Source: Azolla caroliniana
Lineage: Eukaryota > Plantae > Polypodiophyta
DNA length: 64,000 nt
NCBI GenBank assembly: GCA_043228905.1
Contig: JBHGNT010000010.1
Location: 15,128,001 to 15,192,000 of the forward strand
Direction of reading: 5' to 3'
Shown here: one piece after another, positions 12,241 to 25,764 of the stretch
Position numbering within the stretch: the stretch's first letter is position 1
How the letters are laid out: every line of letters starts with the position of its first letter
The notes under the pieces: model-generated
The model's input: only the letters and a program-made list of their open reading frames with translations
Database searches by the model: none
Told to the model about the DNA's origin: nothing
Program-made: the position numbers and the translations under genes

Positions 12241-13768
12241 TCACCGGGCATTGGTTACTATAATGGCCTTCCCGTCGGTAGTAGTAGCAGTAGGCTTTCC
12301 GGATATTGCTGGATTCGGCATTGTCTGTTGTACCCGGGGCAGGTCCTGCGGTACGCGCGGGGTTTTGGACTGGTAGGCTGCTTGGAGCTCCTTGTTCCGG
12401 ATCCCGTGGGTAGCCGCCTTTTTTAAAATGCCGTTTTTTGTTATAGCTCTTCTTATTGCGGTACTCTTGACGGGGTTGCCCGTTATATCTGCCGTATTCC
12501 TCCCGTTGCTGACGATACCCGGGGGAGTGCTCCCGGTCGTAATGTTCGTATCGTCTATTGTAATCCCGGTACCAATCATGCCGGTCATAGTTATCCCGCC
12601 GATCACCGTACCGGACATCATTCTCCCGTCGATCGCCATACCGGACATCCTATGCCGGTCGGTCGCGGTCCATTCGCCGCCAGCGTTCCTCTTCTTCATC
12701 CTAGCTGCTGCGTGGCTCAATTTGTCGGACGGCCGGTGCTTGCTGATTCAACAGATTATACTCGCACCTATCCGTCGTATGGCTCTTGGATTGACAGATT
12801 ACACATTGCGTCCTCATAGTGCATTCTAGAGCCGAGTGTCCGGAATTCAAACAGGTTGTGCACTGTATTGCTTGCCGAAACCGGAGGTCTTCATCGGACG
12901 GTAACGCCCGTTGGAGTGCTCCCAGTGTGAGCCAGGAGCTTGTCTTTTCCATCTCTCTCACCCGGTCAATGACCTGGTCGATGGTACTTGTGCGGAAGTC
13001 AATTACCGTGCAAACCGTGCGTAGGGGTTCCCGGAGCGCGTTTAGGAATATAGTCCGTAATTTCTCCTCCGGAGGTGCGCGGGTAAGCTGACTATGCATC
13101 CGTTGAAACCGGATGACAAATTGGGGAATGCTCTCCCCTGCCTCCTGTCGGATGGTATAAAATAAGCCTACCATTACGGTCTGGTCCACCTCTTTTTGGA
13201 AAAAATGCAAGAATTTAGCTTTTAAATCTGCAAAGGTGGTGATGGTAGATGGGTCCTGCGTCCGGCGCCATCTTGCTGTCGGTCCCTCCAATGTGACACC
13301 AACTTCCGCTATCTTAGAGCGTTCTTCTTCATCGGAGGTCAATCGCTGGGACACATGGTTGGCTTCCCATGTCTGTTCAAAGGCGTGCACATGAGCTTCC
13401 GCGTCCGGATCATCTCTATACTTGGAGTACTAGAATGGCATGTCGTCGTCCGGTATCGGTGCGCGGGCTGGCAGTGTTGGTGCTCGTTCCGGAATTTTCT
13501 CTAGCGTCGGTGGTTTTTCCTCTTCTTTTGGTGAAGGAGGCCTCTCCTCTTCGACTTCCAGTGTCGGAGGTCGCTCTTCCTCTGCTGGTTCCGGGGGTTC
13601 CAGCGTTAGCACTTCCGGTTCCGGTGTCGGTAAGGTATCCGATCCTTCGTCCTCCGGTCCGCCCGGGGTTTCGTTGCTGCTACGGTAGTTCGTGTGCACG
13701 TTGTATTCCCCTTCAGAGTCCGATTCATATGCTGAAAAGGCTTCTGCTTCGCCTTCTCCGTTTGCCAA
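12241..13768 (-). pseudogene. gag: gag of element C with zinc knuckles
   Basis: Retrotransposon-gag-like segment IRQEAGESI followed by CTTCLNSGHSALEC and CVICQSKSHTTDRC. Confidence 0.75.
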
Positions 13769-14052
13769 CGCGTGGAGAAGGGATTCGGTTTCCCGGAGGC
13801 TGCTTAGGCTGCTGCCGTCGTCTGGGTGCGATGTTTGCTGTAACCAGAGGGAGTCCTCCGCTACTCTCCAGATTACGTTGGAAAACGAGCGATCCGCTCT
13901 AATTTCCTGCGCCGCTTGCTAGAAAGCCTCGCGTCTCCTTTGCCTTTCGGCAAGGCGTCGAGTTCGATCTGTAACCAAGTCATGCGTTGATCTAGACATC
14001 CATCCGCGCCGTCGTTCGCTGCAAAAACAGGAATCGTGGTCGCCAAAAACTA

Positions 14053-14488
14053 TGTTAACTCTTGGGGCCGGACAATGGCCTAACACAGGGTGTCTACGGA
14101 AGACACTTCACCAAAGGGTGTTACGGCAACCAGATTAGACTCAACGCTTAATCCGACTTAATTAAGTTACTTAGCATGATCGTATTTCCTAATCACACGC
14201 GTAAGATATAACAATTAAGGCAGAACGGCAATTAACACAGAGAGATAACAACGCTAAGCTTTTTATTAATTAACTGCTATTCATTACATTGTATCCGAGC
14301 CTTTAAATAGGTTTCCGGTCTGTATTACAAAACGGTGGCATCCACACCTGTTCGGGATCGGTCCGGATCCGGAACGGCATATCAATTCCGGTCCGTCCGT
14401 CCACACTCATAGCTTAATTACAACCACATTCCTACTACTTAAATAACTCTCTGTTTCCCACTCTGGACTCCTTTGCCGGCCGGTAACA
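14053..14488 (-). repeat. Element C 5' LTR
   Basis: TG/CA termini lying between the PBS and the resumption of D's gag; the partner LTR is outside the window. Confidence 0.7.
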
Positions 14489-15341
14489 GAGGGAATCCGG
14501 ACAACCATCTATCCTCCGAGATGTCCCTTATGATCATTTGGCCCGATAGGCCTCCAAATAGCTTGTGGCGTTCTTCCCACCGAATCGGCCTAGGGTGCCG
14601 ACAATCGATTCGTTCCCTCACGAGCGCTCACTAGCCGGTCGACGACTACTGCCATAGCTTCAGCAAGCTCGGATCCCCTCATCTTCAACTCCTTTGCCGC
14701 CTGTTCACGTCGGGTTCACCAAATAATGTGTGTTGTTACGCTCTCGCGTGTGAAGTGAGGCGGGACCGCGGGGGCCCTAAACCAAGGAGCGTGAGAAAGA
14801 AGAGGGAGAGAGATTCGCTTAAACACAGAGAGAGAAGGGAACGGAAGATTCAATTACAATTTCAACAACGATTACAATCGGCAAGCCGGCAACAGACCCA
14901 AAAAGGAGGTCCCACGCACACACACGGACGACACAAAGAACGCACAGAGGAGCCTCTGCTGGAAGCACATGGGCTTACACGCAACAGAGGCAACCGACAC
15001 AGAAACGTAGTGGAGAGTGACGATTGAGGAGGAGGAGAGAGTTCGGTTCCTAGTCTGACCGCACTTCGTCCTTGCCAAAACGTGATACCATCTTCCGCCC
15101 TCTCCTTTTCCTTTTATAGGTCGCCCCAGACGCCGTCACATCAATCTCCTCAACTTTATTCTCTGTCACCTCGGATAGAGATTCTCATCGATTCCCTAGA
15201 CAATTAATACCCTTCCTAGTACATATGTACATCAGCCGATCTATTCCTAGCTATGTACAATTCATCACCCACACACGTGAAAAAGGATTGGGACACGCCT
15301 CCTCCCCTTTGTTCCTCCTAGGGGCGGTTTTCTCCACGACA
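14489..15341 (-). mobile_element. Element D: tRNA-Trp family Gypsy, 5' LTR (14727-15341) plus gag start, inserted in the integrase of Copia E
   Basis: Trp PBS 14704-14721; MRGSELAEAMAVVVDRLVSA resembles the F gag start; LTR ends CCACGACA. Right flank is ACGG. Confidence 0.85.
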
Positions 15342-15588
15342 ACGGTAAGATACATCTTTACCAGTCCATACTTTCTGAGGTGATTCTCCTCCCAAGGGTA
15401 CTGAGGGTTATCTGTTTATCGCATAGGTCGTCGTCGTCAGCGCCTCAGCCCAAAACGTCTTGGGTAACTCGGCATGTGCAAGCATGCTCTGGACTCTCTC
15501 CATTATGGTCTGGTTCATCCTTTCAGCCAGCCCGTTTAGTTCCGGCATCTTCGGCACGGTGAATTCAAGTCGGATTCCCTTCGACCGG

Positions 15589-15980
15589 TGTCGTAGTGTA
15601 TTTTGTACACTACGTGAAAAACGTATATAGTATTAGATTCAATAAAAAATGAAGAAATAGAAGAAAATAGCAAAATAAATGGAACATGCATAGGGCAAGA
15701 TTCGAACCTTGCACCTCCATGTTAATAATGTAATGTCTTACCATTACACTAGCATTTCATTAGTGTTAAAGCATAGATGTCTTTCAACCGAAGTTTATAT
15801 TCTTATATTCATATTGATTAATCTAATACAATACACTCGTGGGATTCACGAGTTTGCTATAACTCTTTCTTACAACATATTTATATTCTTATTAGCCTTA
15901 AAACTCTCCTCTTCCTAGTCCAAAACCCCAGCGGTTCCCACCCGACTCACGCAAACGATCCGGAGCCGAAAGGCACGACA
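15589..15980 (+). mobile_element. Solo LTR with termini like the tRNA-Trp Gypsy family
   Basis: TGTCGT...ACGACA with 4-bp TSD CCGG (15585-15588 and 15981-15984); E's integrase rejoins across it. Confidence 0.85.
15686..15755 (-). other. tRNA-like cassette (Pol III A and B boxes) inside the solo LTR
   Basis: Minus strand TAGTGTAATGG (A box) ... GCAAG-GTTCGAAT-CTTGC (T-arm with B box); the acceptor and anticodon stems are poor. Confidence 0.65.
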
Positions 15981-17759
15981 CCGGTAGTACTCTTCGAACT
16001 GCCCGCGGTATTCTCCTTCGTTATCTGTTCGAACCACCTTCAGCTTCCGGCCGATTTCTCTTTCCACTCTCGCGTGGAGCTCCTTGAATACGGATAACAT
16101 TGATACTTCATCTTCAATGGTGAGACCCACAACTTCCGGCTATGGTCGTCTATGAACGTCACGAAGTACTGCGATCCGGCATGTGACTTCATGTCCACTT
16201 GACACACATCGGTATGCACCAGCTCCAATGGTGCATTCCGTCTCATCAGTGGTCTTGACCGGAAGGAGGTTCGGTTTTGCTTGTCGGCCAAGCAGTCGGT
16301 ACACTTCTCAAGTTGCACATCCTTCACCGGAATGAGGTTGTCTTCGGCAAGCCTCTCATCCCCTTCTCACTCATGTGACACAACCTCTTGTGCCACAGCT
16401 CACCGGCAGTGTCGGATGTTACGTTCACTTCTTCCCGGCATATCCGGGCATGCATCAAGTACAACGTGTTGACCTTCCGGGCTTGAGCCACTATTAGGCG
16501 CCCTTTGCTGAACTTCATGACTCCGTTCCGGATGGTACTTGTGTAACATTCATCATCTAGCCGATCGGCTGATATCAGGTTCAGTCAAACCTCCAGAACG
16601 TGTCAGACATCCTTCAGCAACAACTTGCATCCGGTTGATGTCGTCAACGACACATATCCTATGCCAACAATTCGGCATGTCCCTTTATTCCCCATCTAGA
16701 CACAACCATGATCTCCGGCTGTGTAGGATGAGAAGCATCTCAGGTCCAGTGTCAGGTGGAACGACGCTCCGGAATCAACAACCCACGTTGTCTCGTCGCT
16801 GACAAGGTTTAACTCATTCTTCTCGGTAATGAGCATAAGTTCTTCTTCACTTGTCGCGATTGCCGACGTTCCCTTTCGATCCGGGCCTCTCCAGTCCGAA
16901 CTCTTCTTTGAATCGGTGGTGCCGGTTTCTTTCTCTTTCCAGAAATGCCGACAGTTCTTTTGGAAGTGCCTCAGCGTCCCACAGTAGAAGCAAGTAGGCC
17001 TCCCCCTTGACTTCAACCTCGTCCCTGATTTGTCCCGGTTTTGGGGACTCTGATACCGGCCTCTTCCCCGGTTGTGGTCATCTTTGGTAACCAAGGCCTT
17101 TGGATCGGTTCCGGACTCCCGATCCTTCCGACGAGCTTCTTCATATAGCAAGCTTGACTTTACCCTTGCTAGGGACAATTGTTTTCCTTCCGGCCCGGCA
17201 TTGCCCAACGTGACAACTAGCGTCTCCCAACTATCCGAGAGGGAACGGAGCAAGAGCAATGCAAGTACCTCATCGGTGAGAGGTACTTCCAATGAGGTTG
17301 CTTGGTGTATTAGCTGTTACGAAGGCGCTACGACTCTTTTGTGTGCACAGCGGATCGTGATGTGTTGGATCGTTCAGTGCTCAAGACAGAAAGGGGAAGG
17401 GGAAGGAGACTTACCTTTGCATAGTCCAAAAGCTTCTATTTCATTACACACAGAGCTCAACTTGCTCTCGTCTATTTTTTGTTTTCTTACCTTACTCTTT
17501 GCACTACTCTCACTCTCCCACTTACTACTTACTACAACTTACTTTTTACCTAAGTACATAAGTGACTTATATATGCAACTAATTAGCTGTCTATAGCTAA
17601 ATAGCTGTCAGTAGCTAAATAGTTGTGCATAGTTAAATAATTGTTTCACCTTTATGTCCACTAGTAGCTAATTAGCTAATTGCTACTATAGCTTATTTCT
17701 CAATAAGCATCACATACCTTTGTTGAGCTTGCTTCTCAACACTCCCCCTCAAGCTCAAC

Positions 17760-20412
17760 TTATCCTTTCTTGAGGTCATCTTCAATCTTCTTTTTTTCAT
17801 GGTTTTCAGCTACCATGTCGATGGTTATAACTCCCATCATGTCTCTAAACTGTGTATGTTTTTCCATGCTCAATCCCTTTGTAAGAATATCAACAACTTG
17901 CTGATTTGTACTTACATATAACAAATCCACTTCTCCATCAATCACTTTTTCTCTAACAAAGTGATAATGCACTTCAATGTGCTTTGTTCTTGCATGGAAC
18001 ACTGGGTTTTTTGCCAATTGAATGCTGCTCATATTGTCAGACCAAATTGTGGCAACACCATCTATATATTCTCCCAAATCAAAAAGCAATCTTCTGATCC
18101 ATACCTCTTCACAGGTAGCTATTGCAGCTCCTCTATACTCAGCTTCAGTTCTTGACAATGCAACAGTAGCTTGTTTCTTGCTACTCCATGAAATAGCTAC
18201 ACTTCCCAATGTAAACATATATCCACTTGTGGATCTTCTGTTAGTTTGGCTTCTAGCCCAATCAGCATTTATATATCCTTCCAACTTTGTGTCCAGATCA
18301 GCCTTGTAAAACAATCCATAATTTTGAGTAGCTTTTACATACCTCAAAATTCTTCTTATGTAGTCCAAATGTGGCTTTGTTGGTTGTTGCATAAATTGGC
18401 TGACTAATCCAATAGCATAACTCAAATAAGGTCTTGTTATGGTCAAATATATGAGACTTCCCACCATAGACCTATACATGTTTACATCTTCCATTTTGGC
18501 TCCCAAATCAGCCCTCAATTTGCAATTCTTATCTAGTGGTCTACCAATAGGTTTGCATCCAACATAGTTCTTGCATACCATACTTCTTCAACATAGTTGT
18601 TGCATACTGTTTTTGCAACATATATATACCACTCTTAGATCTTATCATCTCAATGCCGAGAAAGTATCTCAACTCTCCCAAATCCTTCATCTGAAATTGC
18701 ATTTCCAGATTTTTCTTCAACTTACTTATCTCTTCCATAGAATCACCTCCAATTATTAGATCATCAACATATATCAGGATCACAACAATGCAATCATTTA
18801 TCTTCTTTACATATAATGATGGATCAACCTTCAACATTTTGAAAGCAAATTTTTTCAGAGATTCTGAAAGTTCCATGTGCCATGCTCCCAGTGCTTGTTT
18901 CAGTCCATAGAGAGCCTTTTTCCGCTTACAAACATATTCAGTATGCTTCTTGTCTTCAAAACCTGGTGGTTGACACATATATACCTCCTCTTCTAAGTTA
19001 CCATGTAAAAAGGCATTTTTTACATCCATATGATGCAAAACCCATCTTCTGGCTGCACCTACAACAAGTAATGTCCTCAATGTTGCCATCTTTGCAACCG
19101 GTGCAAATGTCTCATCATAATCAATTCCTTGCATTTGGGCATATCCCTTTGCAACAAGTCTTGCTTTATGTCTACTAACATTTCCATTGGAATCATGCTT
19201 TGTCTTGTAGACCCATTTGCAACCTACCACATTTTTTCCTTTTGGTAACTTCATTAAATCCCATGTTTTGTTTTCAGCCAATGCATCAATCTCTTCTTGC
19301 ATTGCATTCACCCATTTTTTCTCAACTTTTGCTTCATCAAAGTTGTTTGGGTCAGGGATTTGTACCATTTTAGACATGTATGCATAATGCATAGCCATAT
19401 ATGTGTCATAGCCAAATCTTTCAACGGTCTTTTACTCTCTATCTAATCTTCTCAGTTTCTTAATTGCATCCTTCATTGCTTTTTCCATACCAGGGATTTT
19501 CAAGGCTCGTATACCAAGCTCATCATCCAATGATGTGTCTGAATCTACATCTTCCATGTTTCTAGACCCATCATCAAGCATCTCATATTTTGGCATTTTG
19601 TGTTTTCCCTTTTTATCATCATATTTTTTCTGTCTTGCATTTTTTTCACTCCATGCATTAGATTCAGATTTACTACCTGAGCTTCCAAATGGTCCAATAC
19701 ATTCCATTGATGTGGAACTTTGTTGTCCAACATTGTTTCCATCTATGTGGTTATCTCTTACATATTCAGATTTATCACTGTCTTCATTTTCACAGTCTTC
19801 ATCAGTTTCTACATTTTGTTTTGGGTTGTACCAGCTGCCCAACTCATCAAATATTACATCCTAACTTACCACAGTCTTTTTTGTCAAAGGGTTATAGCAT
19901 CTATACCCTTTTTGCTCCTCTAAATATCCAACAAAAATACATTTTTTAGCTTTTGGATCAAGCTTACTTCTCACCTCAGTAGATACATGAACATAGGCAA
20001 GGCATCCAAACACTTTTAAGTGTCCTAAACTCGGCTTTCTGCCATAGAAACATTGTTCAGGAGTTACTTCATGTACTCCAGATGTTATACATCTATTTAG
20101 GATATAGTTTGTTGTGTTTACATATTCTGCCCAATAATACAATGGCATATTTTTTTCTGTCATCATGGCTCTTGCTATGTTCACCAGAGTTTTGTTTTTT
20201 CTCTTAGCAACTCCATTTTGTTGTGGAGTATATCTACATGTAAACTGTCTCTTTATCCCTTGATTACATAGAAAATCAGAAAACTCATTTGAGAAGTATT
20301 CTCCTCCATCAAATCTTAGGCATTTTATTCTAGTTCCAACCTGCTTTTCTACCATGCATTTAAACTTACAGAAATAATCAAACACTTCACTTTTTTCTTT
20401 CATGAAGTAAAC
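17760..20412 (-). pseudogene. pol: IN-RT-RH of Copia G
   Basis: YTPQQNGVA, KARLVAKG, IYVDD and ARTKHIEVHYHF motifs, broken by frameshifts. Confidence 0.9.
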
Positions 20413-20699
20413 TGTTGAATACGAGTGTATAATAGCCGTATTCACACTGTCCCTTTGGACAACCCAAGTTTGGGCTATTGTCGGAACCAAGGATAAAAGA
20501 CAGAGTGATGGAAGAAGGATATTAGAGAACACGAGAAGAAATGAACCAAATACTAAGAGAAGAATGGATGTATAAGATAGAGAAAGAAAGAGAATGGATA
20601 CAAGATATGTAATGAGAGCTAAAGACTAGTGTTGATTCGAATTGATTTGAGAATACATGCATGCCCTTATTTATAGGTTCCTATAGAATAGCTTAGAGA

Positions 20700-20765
20700 T
20701 TTCTAGAATGTTCTAGAATGTTCTAGACCTAGAATGCTCTAGGACATTGTAGAACATTCTAGAAT
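20700..20765. promoter_or_regulatory. Heat-shock-element-like array in the J LTR (second copy 25980-26045)
   Basis: TTCtaGAAtgTTCtaGAAtgTTC and GAAcaTTCtaGAA, upstream of the minus-strand TATA at ~20668-20675. Confidence 0.7.
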
Positions 20766-20958
20766 AATCTAGAGTTTTTACAATAATCAATGTAATATAG
20801 GAAGTAGCTTTTATTGTTTCATATAACAATAAGCTATCTTAATGGTTGAGGTTTTCAAGTATGGATTACAAGGTTCGAGGTTCAAGTCCGGGTGACGCCA
20901 TAATGGTTATGTGTTCATGACACTATCCCTCCTTCGAGAACGCTGAGTGGAAGTCGGC

Positions 20959-23900
20959 GTTAACATTGTTGGGTCGGGCTTGTTTGGATAGTGACGATGG
21001 AAGTCGTTGACCAGAGCTTCAGCATTACAAACATTATCAATGGGTTCCCAAGTGCGATCACTCGGAGGATAGCCAAGTCAATCAACTAGATAATAAAGCT
21101 TATTGCGCACAATCTTAGAATCGAGAATAGCAGCTACCTCGTATTCGGGGCCGTCCACAAGTTGTACAGAAGGCGGTGGTGGCACGACACGATTAGGAAT
21201 TAAAGAGGTGCGGCAAGGTTCCAAAAGAGAGCTATGAAAGACAGGGTGCAGCCGCATATGTGCAAGAAGGTTAAGACGAAATGTTGCATCATTAATCTGC
21301 GCCGTGATGACAAAAGGACCTAAGCGTTGATAGTCAAGCTTAGCACACGGTCGGGTAGTTTTGATGTGACAACGAAGCAACCATACACGGTCACCAACCT
21401 TAAACGGAGACTTAAGACGATGTCGATCGGCATTGGTCTTATGGTGTGCTTGCGCTTTCTGAAGATGTGACGATAACTCGAACTGGATTTGTTGTAGTCG
21501 GTGGAGGTGATGCGCCGCACTAGGGTTTCGTGACACCTCAGGAAGATCCAATATACACCATCGAGGGTGGTTGCCGGTGTAGGCAAAGAAAGGTGTAACT
21601 TTGGTAGAAGAGTGAACTGTGTTGTTGTATGCAAACTTGGCAAGATGTAAAATATTACTCCAATCATCTTGTTGATAACTAATGAAACATCGAAGATATT
21701 GCTCAAGCGTTTGATTTGTGCGCTTTGTTTGTCCGTCAGTTTGTGGATGATAAGCCGAAGAGAGTTTGCAAGAGATTTTGAGGCCTGGCCATAGGTGCTT
21801 CCAAAAGTGTGAGATAAATTGAGGACCTCGATCGCTAATAATATCATTCGGGAGACCATGATGACGAAACACTTCACGCATAATGAGATCTGCAGTTTCT
21901 TCACTATTGATGGTCTTTACACATGGTACAAAATGTGCCATCTTGGTGAACCGATCCACTACTGTTAAAATAGTATCAAAGCCTTTGGAAGGTGGCAAAT
22001 CCATAATGAAATCCATAGAAATAGACTGCCATGGCTTGTTGGGAGGGGGTAATGGTTGTAGTAAGCCATAAGGGTGATGCCGGGGTATTTTGGCGCGACA
22101 GCAAGTGTCACAAGTGCGAACATAATCTTCGAAAAAATTTTGCAAGTGAGGCCACCAAAACGAACATTTCACCAGCTCAATCGTCTTGGAAATACCAAAA
22201 TGTCTAGCCATGGGGGCATCATGACAATGTTCTAACACTTGAAGTCGGGGTGATCCGCCAGGGACGTAAAGGAGATTCTTGTAGAAGAGTGAGCCATCTT
22301 GCCACTTGAAGTGCTGATAATGTTGAGATGACCCTAGCAATGTGGAGCAAGATGGAAGACTTGAACCACAGTGGGCTAAGACATCCTTAGCAAAATCATC
22401 CGAATGAAGTTGTTGCCGAATAGTGTCAAGAAGGGTAGAATCAAGTGGCGTGGCATAAATTGTTGTTACCTGTAGCTTTGATGGCCCGAGGAGAGTTTGC
22501 TTTTTATTGTCAAAGGCCGGATCTCCAAGTCGAAGTGCTAGATACGAACACCGAGACAGAGCATATGTTTTCCCTTGTTGTTTTCCAAGGCGAAAAATGA
22601 TCTTGAAATCGCAACGCGTTAGAAATTGGGCCCACCGAGCTTGTCGTCTATTTAATACTCGAGCTGTTTGAAAATATGTGAGATTTTTGTGATCACTATA
22701 AATGATAATCTAATGAGGTGATCCTTCTAGAAAATGACGTCATTGCTCGAATGAGTCGACCACAGCTAGTAACTCCTTGTCATGCACCTCATAGTTTATC
22801 TCCGAAACAGTAAATTTTCTCGAGTGAAACGCGACTAGGTGTGTCTGCCCGTCCTCGCCTAGTTGCGATAGGATACTCCCCAATGCAAAGTCTGATGCAT
22901 CCGCCTCAATAGTAAATGGCTTTCCAGGATCAATATGTGTTAGGATGGGTGCTGATGTGAATGCCTCTTTCAGCTGCGTAAAAGCCTTGTCCGCTTCGAT
23001 ACTCCAAAAAAATGCTTGATTTTCTTGGTGAGTTGAGTAAGGGGCAACACAATGCTTGAATAATTATGTATGAATTTGCGATAGAAGTTCGCAAATCCGA
23101 GGAAACACTGGACATCCCGAACTGAGCATGGGGGTTTCCATTCCAATATTGTTTGAACTTTTGTTGGGTCCATGAAAACACCCTGGGATGAAATAGTGTA
23201 TCCCAAAAATTCGACTTGTTTGCAATCAAAACTGCATTTCTCAAGTTTGGCATAAAGACCATACTTCCTTAGACGTTCAAGTACTTGCCGCACATGTATA
23301 TCATGCTCCCCCTGTGTTTTAGAGTAAATCAATAGATCATCTAGGTAGATGATTAGAAAAATATCCAAGAAATCCCGGAAGATGTCATTTGTCATATGTT
23401 GGAATACTGCAGGTGCATTTGTGAGCTCGAAAGGCATGATTGTATACTCGAAATGACCATACCGAGTACGAAATGTTGTTTTCCACTCATCTCCCAGCCG
23501 AATTCGAACAAGATTATATGCACCCCTTAGATTAATTTTGGTAAAATGCTTTGCCCCACCAATGCGTTCTAAGAGATTGGAGATTAAAGGTAAAGCATAC
23601 CTATTCCTTATGGTGACTTTATTTAAGCCTCGATAGTCCACGACCAAACGAAGGGAGTCGTCCTTTTTCTTCACAAAAAAGATAGGAGCACCAGCTGGAG
23701 ACTTTGAATGTCGAATAAACCCATGTGCAAGATTTTCCTCGATGTATTCTCGAAGAACCTCAAGCTCAGTGGGTGATAAATTGTAAATCGGACCCCACGA
23801 TGGCTCTTTTCCTGGTTGGAGATCAATAGGACAGTCGTACAGCCGATGCTTTGGAAGAACACTAGCTTTGACTTTGTCGAAAACATCAGCATAGTCTTGA

Positions 23901-24496
23901 TATTTTTTGGGAATTTGGATGTCTAAATTCCCTTGAGTGACACTAGAAGGTGTCACTGATACTGCAAAGAAGAAAAGGTCCTCCTTGCCTCCCACTTGGC
24001 GCAATTGTTGCAATGTGATGGCTGAAATTTGATGAGAAGGATATGGTGCATCGGTAGAACTATATACTTTAGGAGGATAATCCCGAGTTTGATCCTTGAC
24101 AATGATATTTTCTGCTAAAGGGCACCTAATTTCTCGCTTCCTCCAATCGATTCTAGGGTTATGTAGCTCGAACCATGGCAAATCGAGGACAATTGGATGC
24201 TCAAGACTATAGATTATGGGTATTGGCTCAGACTCTTCAAATATCTTCCCGGAAGCTATGGGGCGTCCATCAATCACTACTACGGAAACTGGACAAGGAA
24301 GTGTATGCAAGGATATTTGGTGTTTTTGGGCAAAATCTCTATCCATGAAACAAGAATTGGCTCCAGTATCTAAGAGGGCTTGGACTTGAAGTTGACAACT
24401 GGCTATCCTAACTTGTACTAGGGCTGAGAAGACTCTACTAACATGCTTGGAAGAAATGGAACCCACACTAGGTTGTACATATCTAGGGTTGTCCAA
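20959..24496 (-). pseudogene. pol: pol of chromovirus J (PR-RT-RH-IN-chromodomain)
   Basis: ORFs 22970-24496 and 21078-22340, with a degenerate RH between them. Confidence 0.9.
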
Positions 24497-24507
24497 CCAA
24501 ATGGCTC

Positions 24508-25688
24508 CTATTTTGGCCGGACTTCTTCGTTTGACTCCTCTTCTAATTGGCTTAGGACTTCAAATTTATTGAACAAGGGTGGATTATTCATAATATTAGA
24601 TTCACTAACTGCTTCTAAAATGTTGGACTCATTTTTATTGTCATAGTGAATTTGATTTACCTGATGTCTCAGCCTACGGGAGCAATGAATGGCTATATGT
24701 CCTGGACCTCTGGAATATAAGCACAAATGGTTTGCTCGACGATGTTGCTTCTCTTCGTCTGACAACGGTCCTCGTCGTTGAGTCATATCGATCTCCATGG
24801 TTGCAGGACTATCCGTTGGGACTGGACTACGTTTTTGCCTTGGAGTTGGAGCAGCGCTATACATTTGCCTTGGGGATGATTGCGCCGTTACTTATGCATA
24901 AGTTGGTGTGAATCTTGATCTTGTTATTTGTTGTTGTCGCTCACATCGACGCTCAAAAAGGCGATTATCACACCGTATTGCTCGACTAATAGCTTCTGTA
25001 AGTGACCTTGGATCCTCGGGGAAGGTAAGAAGTAAGTCTTTGACATCACTACGAAGGCCTGAACGGATTTGCTCCATTAGGGCTTGTTCATCCCAAGGAA
25101 TATCGCTTGCGATGAGACGGAAATTGGCAGCATATGTCGAAGCTGGTTGATCACCTTGACGAAGTGTACGAATCTTGTTGATAGTTGTTCTCGCCCCATC
25201 AGTATCTCCGAAACAAGACTTAAATTCCTTGATAAATTCCTCGAAATTATTCAGTAGAGGAGAATTGGTCTCTAGCAATGGAGCAAACCACGACAACGCT
25301 ATGCCAGTCAATAAGGTGCCCACTAGCCCGACTCGTGATGCATCTGTTGGATAACGCACAGGATGCATTTGAATCACCAACCGTACTTGATTCAAAAAAC
25401 CTCGGAAATGTGCCCTCGACCCATCAAATTTAGCTGGGAGGCTAATTTTGGGCTCCTTGATAAGTCCCTGACCTTCAACCCTTTGTTGTTGTAACACTAC
25501 GATTGTCGACTCTAACTATTGCACTCATCGCGTGAACTCCTCTTGTTGTTGTTGCTTCTCTATAGTAACCTTTTGTAGATCCCCAAGTAGACGTTGATTC
25601 TCTACTTCAAGAGATGCGAACTTGGATTTAAGGTTCTCCATTTCTACAACAAGGGTGAGATATTCTTCTGAGTTAATGGCAGCCATGG
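24508..25688 (-). pseudogene. gag: gag of chromovirus J
   Basis: PKISLPAKFDGSR, LRQG, MEID and a degenerate zinc knuckle CLYSRGPGHIAIHC. Confidence 0.85.
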
Positions 25689-25711
25689 TTTCAGGATGGT
25701 TACAAAGGAGG

Positions 25712-25750
<39 letters not shown>

Positions 25751-25755
<5 letters not shown>

Positions 25756-25764
25756 GAATCAAAC
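25751..25764 (-). promoter_or_regulatory. Self-priming PBS of J
   Basis: Minus strand GTTTGATTCGAATT is complementary over 12 nt to AATTCGAATCAA in the LTR (20632-20643), ~25 nt downstream of the TATA box. Confidence 0.75.

Larger units (their letters stand above)
8849..14488 (-). mobile_element. Element C: degenerate non-chromovirus Ty3/Gypsy (Athila/Phygy/Selgy-like), 5' part, inserted in the gag of D
   Basis: Domain order gag (12241-13768), PR (VIDGGFGVN), RT (VDYRKLN, FLDD), RH (VDASD), IN (KWGLDFVGPF, SDQG). LTR 14053-14488 (TGTTAAC...GTAACA); PBS TGGCGACCAC at 14036-14045 is tRNA-Arg-like. Confidence 0.85.
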
